A program made the translations under genes and the position numbers. The notes beneath the pieces are model-generated. The model had not been told where the DNA came from, made no database searches, and saw only the letters and a program-made list of their open reading frames with translations. Shown piece after piece: positions 11,301 through 40,007 of a stretch of DNA of 40,007 bases (positions are counted from its first letter, which is position 1; each line of letters starts with the position of its first letter). This DNA is from Sphaeroforma arctica JP610. Lineage: Eukaryota. Location: positions 80,281-120,287 of the forward strand of contig NW_014040372.1 of assembly GCF_001186125.1 (NCBI RefSeq), in the 5' to 3' direction.

Positions 11301-12987
11301 ATTCGGTGACATCCTACCCATCTATAGACTGGCCGCACTAGCGTATAACCATATGCGTTGCGATTCATTTGAGTTGTGTACGTATAACGTACAATTAGCA
11401 TATCAAGCATAAAACGTTTTGCTATCGATGGACCTGTAGCACTCACCGTTGCAGGCAGTGGCACACCCACAGCTCTTCCGTTCGTCTAACGTTTGTGCTG
11501 TTTTTCCCACCTGCAGTATCAATTAATAAAGTACCACCCGTACATCTTCGCCATCATATTCTTGCCGTTCGCCGCGTACCGTACGCTTTGCCGGTAAGTT
11601 ATACCTGGGTTGTTGCTACTGTGTATTCATTTCAGGCGTTAGGCTTGTTCGATCAAATCACTGAATGATCGTATCCGAGATCTTAAGTTGCATTCCGTAT
11701 CCACATTTCATTTACATTTATATTGTTCTATCATTGGTTTTCGGGCCTGTTCTGGACATATGCTGCGCTCTCATGTACCACTATAGCATACCATATTTAT
11801 GCTCAGAATAGTCCCAGTGCTGTGTGAGGCATATGCTTAAAATTGCTTCGATACTTCGTTTTGTAGATATGATCTGTATTCGTGTGTTTTGATGTTATAC
11901 TGTTTGTTGATGACTGTCCCTGATCATATATTGTTTATAATTGGTATGATTGTTGCTGATCATATACTGTTTATATTTAGTATGGATGTCCCTGATCATA
12001 TACTGTTTATATTTGGTATGTTAGTTGCTATTCATATACTGTTTATATTTAGTATGAATGTCCCTGATCATATACTGTTTATATTTGGTATTTTAGTTGC
12101 TAATCATATACTGTTTATATTTAGTCATGAATGTCCCTGATCATATACTGTTTATATTTGGTATGATTGTTGCTAATCATATACTGTTTATTTTTCGTAT
12201 GAATGTCGCTGATCACATACTGTTTATATTTAGTATGATTGTCCTTGGTCATATACTGTTTGTATTTAGTATTACAGTCATCCCGTTGGCGTGAGTGTGT
12301 GTCACCCAGATATACATACTTATATGCGCACTTTCTGTGGGCATTTACGGTTTGATGATGTTCCAATGTCATGCCTTTGTTGTATCGCTCATCACTTTAA
12401 TTCGAGTTTCTGCCGATTTCATAGAACCATATTCTACTGACCATAGAGACCAATTCGTCGCACTAGTGGAATTGGGGTGTCTGCCACTGAGATTCGGGAT
12501 GTCTGGAAAATTGCAGTCTTGTTGTCGTGGGTGTTTGGATCTCATTTGTAGTTTGGGACATGTTTCAGGCAACAAAACGTTTCCGATTTAAAACTACATG
12601 CTGATTGCTTCTAAATTAGCGAAGACTGTAACGACTAGTTTCTGCTATGTGTTCACTTGGCAGTTTTTTTTGTCGCAAAGCGAACCTTCACAATCTCTGA
12701 ATAGGATGAATTTCATCACCTACGTCAGCAGCGTGATCTGTGTCACGTAGGCCATCGGTTTACTGTTACATCTGTGCACGATGAATATAGATTGCAAATA
12801 GTCAATGCCTGAGCGAATGTTGCCATGGTGCTTGATTGGGATGGCGTGTGTGTTAATTGCTCAAGCTTTGATATTAAATAGCGCCATGTTTGCTTTTCTA
12901 TTGGACTATAGGCTGATTGACTGGGATTATGGGAAGTTTGGTGAACCCCTTGAAGCCTCAAAAGCGTCAGGGAAAAAGGAGCTGTAA
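4629..12987 (+). CDS. Lysophospholipid/lysocardiolipin acyltransferase (LCLAT1/AGPAT3-5-like, PlsC family), 10 coding exons, ~429 aa
   Basis: Phase-consistent exons: 4629-4818, 6090-6175, 6712-6866, 7586-7759, 8238-8395, 9093-9308, 10401-10486, 11517-11593, 12705-12746, 12882-12987 (1290 nt; last acceptor could be 12912). Motifs: SNHTVDYDW (NHX4D), [55 protein letters not shown]-terminal GKKEL (dilysine ER-retrieval-like). Confidence 0.92.
5134..5373. repeat. Compound microsatellite (CA)n/(TACA)n/(TA)n ending at an assembly gap (N 5374-5393)
   Basis: Directly visible in intron 1 of the acyltransferase. Confidence 0.97.
8380..8579 (+). repeat. 40-bp tandem repeat x5 straddling an exon/intron boundary
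   Basis: Unit ~GTAACCAATGATATGG|GTATGTTTGTTGGGGTGTTCTATT; the first copy contains the inferred donor at 8396. Confidence 0.9.
9301..9920 (+). repeat. 21-bp minisatellite (~29 copies) beginning at a 5' splice site
   Basis: Unit CAC(G/T)GGTG|GTATGTGTTTAGT, decaying distally to CACAGGTGGTTTATGCTTAGT. Confidence 0.97.
10767..11182. repeat. 51-bp minisatellite x~8 (intronic)
   Basis: Unit ~ACTCCACTGTTTATAAACAGAAACATCTATAGATATTATAGATAGGTCCAA. Confidence 0.95.
11910..12275. repeat. 36-bp minisatellite x~10 with alternating A/B variants (72-bp higher-order unit)
   Basis: TGTCCCTGATCATATACTGTTTATATTTGGTATGAT alternating with TGTTGCTAATCATATACTGTTTATATTTAGTATGAA. Confidence 0.92.
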
Positions 12988-13967
12988 GGAGTGTATACGA
13001 GACTAATGTGATTTTTAGTAAGGTGTATACCTTAACACCTATCAAGCGTATCTTATATGCTGTGAACAAGGCTCTGGCGCAGGTGCAACTCCGTGCCCCA
13101 AGTCGTTCTGTTCCCGTGTCACACACGCACAGGGAAGTTGGACTACTGAAAGTTAGTGCGACCACGCAATCCGACTGTGCCCAACTATGCACATTCGTGA
13201 ACCAGTCCAAAGTGCCCGTCTCTACTTGATCAGGCGAGAGTACGACAAACGCACGTCGCATGGCACTATCCAAAGGTGCGACACTATATTGTTGTATTTC
13301 GTGGCCTCGAGCACTATCGCGCCAACATCTCGATACTACAGTATTTCAATTTACGAGGCACTGACAACACGTGTCATACCAAACGCTCTGCGCAGTCAAT
13401 AAAACAACAAAGTACAATAGAGCATACGCCGCAGATTCATACTAAACAAGACTTTTTTTGTCCAGCAAGGCGAGTTCGATTTCGATTAATTTCCGACGTA
13501 ACTAAGTCCTTCCTCGAACTCCGCGCAACTCCCATTTCCAGTTTTACAGTACAAGGCAATTGATGGTAGTATTACTTGGTGTTGTATTCTTGCTTTTTTA
13601 AATGTTGATTTTGCAGTGCTGTATATAATACCGCCATGTATGTTTATTTAGATTCTTTCAAACAGTTGTAAGGAACTAGTTGTCTAATCGTAGCAACCAG
13701 ACTTTGGTATTTACGCTTAACAGTTGTTATCAGGGTGTGACCTGTATTACGCTTGGCAAGCTGGCAGTCACCAGAGTGGGGGTTATATCACTTCCGAAAG
13801 ACAGTCTCTATTCACATTTCAAGTATGGGTGTAAGGGTAAGCATATTGTTTATTTCACCAGAAGGGTGATTGGACTGGCGTTCAGAATATTTAGCCATAC
13901 AAAATTTAAGAAACAGCTGTCAGGTATTTTTATTTGTAATATATACAAACATTTTAATACTCTTTCA

Positions 13968-14049
13968 TTCAAGTTGTCCGAGTGGTTAAGGAGTGAGACT
14001 TGAAATCTCATGCTCTCTGAGCGCGTAGGTTCAAATCCTGCACTTGAAA
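13968..14049 (+). tRNA. Class II tRNA, anticodon UGA (tRNA-Ser(UGA)), atypical acceptor stem
   Basis: Acceptor TTCAAGT/ACTTGAA; D arm TCCGAGTGGTTAAGGA; anticodon arm TGAGA-CTTGAAA-TCTCA; long variable arm GCTC-TCT-GAGC; T arm GTAGG-TTCAAAT-CCTGC; oligo-T terminators just downstream. Confidence 0.9.
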
Positions 14050-15125
14050 TGTTTTCTCATTTTTTTCCGCCACTTTGTACAAATTAATAAACAGTGGCTT
14101 TATTATTGCACTTCAAAACATAGCCTTCTAAAAATAGAAACTTAAAAAACATAGTTAAGAATAGCAGGCTTGAGTTGCTGGGCGGTGGTCCGCAGCTAAG
14201 TGCTGCAGTGCTGAACTGCTGACTGATGACACATATTTATTTATTTTGAAAAATATTATGGGGAAACACAGAAACAGCTGTTGGGAAAGTGTCAGAAAGC
14301 CTTTTTGTGTTCTGTTTTCGACTAATAAATATAAAAATATAATATATATAAAATACTGATTCCTTTCCATAGCCCCCAATCCCCAGTCCCCACTGTACAA
14401 TTTAGGAGGCTATGCCACAGCGATTATATGTATATCTAAATTCCGGATGCCTGTATTTACGTCCAAGGATCGCATCTCCGCAAATATCTGGTCCTAAGTG
14501 GCTTCTGTGTAATCAGGTATAACCTAGAAGAACTATGAACGTATTTCTTTGTTCATTTGATGGGAGAACACAAGCAAAGTAGTACATGTTCACGTTAATT
14601 TCATTGGGTTCTAGGCGCTCTCCTTCTTCAAAATTAAGATGGCTAGGCGTATTAGAACTACAAGTTTATATTAATTCGTTTGGCCTTGTTCATATTTCAT
14701 ATCGAGAACGAACCTCTAACAATCACGTTTGAGATGGCTTTTATCTAGCCAAGCAATTTGTATCGCATTGCAGTCTAGCTATATAATCTTTACTGGCGAG
14801 ACTGGACAATTCGTCGATAGTCACACAGTTCTGAACGTGGACGGTATTTGTATCACCACTTTGTAGATGTTGTTATCATCTAAGAGCTTCATCTAAGGGA
14901 TTTATGTGCGTTCGGAATAATTCGGTCCGCGCGAGTGCTGTAATACATCTTGGTGAAATCTCAAACTACGAGCCCTAATACCTAGAGATTCAACGTGTAT
15001 ATTACTGACTGGCTAAGTACTACTCTTCGTACAGTTATCCCATCTCATATCTATCCCACTTTCTAATACGAGTTTTCACTTTTTTGGCATTAACTTGCAA
15101 ACCCCGTTCTTTCACCTCAGCAATC

Positions 15126-15944
15126 ATGGGCAACATGTTACCGCGTGTGCACCTGTGGGAGTGGCACGACTTGAGCTGGTTTCCCAATCAGGCCCGTGCG
15201 CATGTAATGGAAGTTCTGGCTATAGGCTGGATGACCCCTCCGCTGTATCTCATAGATGTTGCGCTGCAGCAGTTGCGTACCGTTATGGAGACAACGGGAC
15301 GGACGCATGTGGTCGATTTGTGTTCTGGTGGTGGCGGCCCGATGATCCACGCCGCCAAAACCGACATAAAGGTCACACTCACAGATCTCTACCCACAGAC
15401 AGAGCTATGGGAGAAGCATGCACTGCGGTCAGATGGCAACATCACGTACAAGGCCGAGTCAGTGAGTGCGTTGGCTATGCCTCAGGGTATAACGGGTCTA
15501 CGCACTTTGTGGTGTGCGTTTCATCACTTCAGGCCTGAGCAAGCCACACAGATCCTGGCCAGTGCCGTGCAGTGCGGCGAGCCAATTCTTATTTATGAGC
15601 TCACGCGCCGGTCGTTGGTGCAGACATTGTTTATCGTGCTAGGTACGCTCAATGTCTCATTGGTATTCCCGTTGCTCGGATGGCTGTCTATGGACTGGAA
15701 GAGTGTCCTGATCACGTATGTGCTCCCTCTGTACCCATTCATAGTGGTCTTTGATGGAATGGTGTCATGTATGCGCACGTACACCAAAGCGGAGATGGTA
15801 GCCATGGTCGAGAAGGCTGATCCTGATGGATCCTTCACTTGGAAGGTGCAGGAGGTGCAGGTGCGGTGGTGGCTGCCTGGAATGAATATGATCTCCCTGA
15901 TCGGACTGCCCAAATCAACATCCGGCATCCAAAGTAAAGCCTGA
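15126..15944 (+). CDS. Intronless class I SAM-dependent methyltransferase-like protein with C-terminal hydrophobic hairpin (272 aa)
   Basis: Uninterrupted ORF from ATG 15126. PRVHLWEWHDLSWFP N-terminus, motif I VVDLCSGGGGP, VTLTDLYP, SVSALAMP, RTLWCAFHHFRPEQA, PILIYE, FDGMVSCMRTYT: pattern of an uncharacterised methyltransferase family I recall from bacteria and fungi. Confidence 0.9.
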   Translation: MGNMLPRVHLWEWHDLSWFPNQARAHVMEVLAIGWMTPPLYLIDVALQQLRTVMETTGRTHVVDLCSGGGGPMIHAAKTDIKVTLTDLYPQTELWEKHALRSDGNITYKAESVSALAMPQGITGLRTLWCAFHHFRPEQATQILASAVQCGEPILIYELTRRSLVQTLFIVLGTLNVSLVFPLLGWLSMDWKSVLITYVLPLYPFIVVFDGMVSCMRTYTKAEMVAMVEKADPDGSFTWKVQEVQVRWWLPGMNMISLIGLPKSTSGIQSKA

Positions 15945-17553
15945 ACTTGCGCAAGGGGCGAGTGATACGAAGTGATGTACAGAAGCCTGAGAAATTGCTG
16001 GTGATAGACTTCAATAGTAGACCAGCTGATTGTTTTCCAGTCAAGGACAGACGCACAGTCCACAGCAAGATTAGACAGAAGTTCTTCTTGGAAGAACCCT
16101 ATTACGGAGCTCGGCAGAGAATGAGTGATGCGATATAATCGACCATGTCCTGGATCATCGAACGTTTATTTCGTCCATACGTTTCCAGTTGCAGATTTGG
16201 CGAATGCCATGCAATTGTAATATATTTGCCCACAACTAGGCGACGAGTACAATGTTAAGGCAGTAGCTGCCTACCCGCTCCTTATCACACCGACTTATTG
16301 CCCGGTGTTTATACTAAAGGTACTGCACAGAAAGGATATCTCATTGTGGCGGTCCTCTATCTTTTTAACTATATACAAGGTGTAAATATTTATACTGGCG
16401 CTATCAGGTGAAGGTGTTGCACAGCAAAGGATAGCCCATTGTAGCAGTCCTTCTGTCGTTTTAACTACGAGGAGCAAATATCGTCAGTTTGCAGCCGATT
16501 ACTATGCGGAGTCACTCGTTCCCATTGGGGACTGACTTATTTTATTATATATTGCATACATACTCAAAAACCAACTTTTGATGAAAATGCATTGCCCGTC
16601 AATTTGTTTCCATCTGAATAAAGGCTGGTCGCACATGCTGATCTACATCCGCCATAGTAGTGTCATGAATTGCATGTAAACTAAATATTGGGTTACCAGC
16701 TAACCAGCATGTTCGTAAATATATATAAATAGTCGTAGAACCTCAATCCGTTTGAACGTGAACGATGATTTATTTTCAAAAAATATATTTTTCATAGCCT
16801 TTTAAATTGAAGCATAGAAGGCTATTCTTTGTTTCAATTTAGAGGGCTAAATATGACAGTATGTAGTATGTGTTTTTGTTTATAAAAAAAACATATATAG
16901 AAGGCTTTTAGTACTGTATGTAAATTTATTTATTTATTTAAATTCTGTGTTTGAAATTTGAATCATTACGCAACTGGTACCAGGATAAATACGTATTTAT
17001 TTATGTAAATATTGAAAAATATGTATTTACCTTTAAAAAAAATAACCCCCCCTGTTTGTTGTTGTTTTTTTAAAAAAATAAAAACAAAATATTTAGTTAT
17101 CGGTTGGCTATGATTGATTGAATGCAAGGTTGCATTTAGACTGATGTTTTTGATATTTGCATTTTGGACCGACAGGCGACTGCAGATTTCAAATAAAGCC
17201 AAACACATCTGCAGCAACTCAGTGCATGTCAGCTGCAGTTGAAGGCGTTAGTGTGCCTTCACCTGTACTTCTGTGCACAGTCAACGATGTGGTTGAGAAT
17301 GGCAGCAGCTGCAGCTGCTCTAGGGATCGCTTCCTCAGGCGTGTCAGATATATTCAAACTTAATAAAGTACAAGCTGATTGTCTATCTCTAGGATACTTA
17401 GGATGCGTGTTGTGCAATGTGTGTGCACATAATAGCGAAGTGTATATCCACCTGTTCCTTGAGAGCCGCAAGAGACAAACTGTGTGGGATATCAATTGTT
17501 CGGTTGTCTAAGTGTCGCTTGCTTTAAACCCCTCTGATGCTTCTTCACAACAG

Positions 17554-39447
<21,894 letters not shown>

Positions 39448-40007
39448 ATCAATCGAACGATTGATATCTCACCTATGTCACCACGGGAAGAGCAACATTC
39501 CTTTCACGTCTACCATATTTAGCAATTGAAAGGAGAGCGGGGTTTGTTTAGGGCATACACTGTCACTCTACAGCACAGAAACCTAAAACACTCGCCTCGT
39601 GTATGCATGGGAAAAGCTAGTAAGTACTTGTCAAAATTGCTCAACTCTGTATGACTATTAACCCAGTGAAGGAGCATCAAGTGAAATGTCTATTAATACT
39701 ATTCACCGCTGTATGATCATCACCCTAGTGTAGCATCATCTAATAACTGTATATCATAACTGCTCCACACTCTATGGTCACCACCCCAGTGCAGGACCAC
39801 TAAGTAATGTGCATATTATTTTAATTGTATACTTATATATATATAGGTTGTTTCACTCTAATCCGTTCGTGCACTAAATTAGATACTCACAATCAATCTA
39901 AAAAAATCACCCCTCATACAACCGAACCATCAAGCGGGCATCAGACACAATTAAGTTCTGCACATGACGCCCTCAAGCTCACTACTATCTGTGGACCACA
40001 CCCATAT

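Noticed and set aside
10641..12372. Repeat-protein-like ORFs ([15 protein letters not shown])
   Set aside because: Products of 51-bp and 36-bp intronic tandem repeats with unit lengths divisible by 3.
13008..13563. Short ORFs downstream of the acyltransferase
   Set aside because: No recognisable motif or consistent splice structure; likely 3' UTR, intergenic DNA or an unidentifiable decayed element.
13968..14049. Selenocysteine or opal-suppressor tRNA
   Set aside because: The anticodon is UGA (reads UCA), not UCA; the acceptor/T stems are the standard 7/5, not 9/4.

Overview
Eukaryotic, intron-rich, repeat-laden draft genomic DNA with three N-gaps. The style suggests a unicellular opisthokont such as an ichthyosporean, but that is a guess. 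Most ORFs in the supplied track are artefacts of introns and repeats, so genes were rebuilt by hand from GT/GC-AG junctions with phase checking. From left to right: (1) first coding exon of a C-5 sterol desaturase (SC5D/ERG3-like, minus strand, runs off the window); (2) a divergent intergenic region with a small GC-rich structured element and two decayed retroelement fragments (non-LTR RT C-terminal part and Ty3/Gypsy RT N-terminal part); (3) a 10-exon LCLAT1/AGPAT-like acyltransferase (~429 aa); (4) a class II tRNA with a Ser(UGA) anticodon but an atypical U1:A72/A73 acceptor end; (5) an intronless class I SAM methyltransferase; (6) a ~26-exon divergent ABCC/MRP-type transporter (~1,600 aa) with a GC-AG intron and a long phosphosite-rich insertion inside NBD1. 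The most interesting non-genic signals are tandem arrays that copy 5' splice sites, and a recurring GT-rich 5' / CA-rich 3' polarity of introns with weak polypyrimidine tracts.
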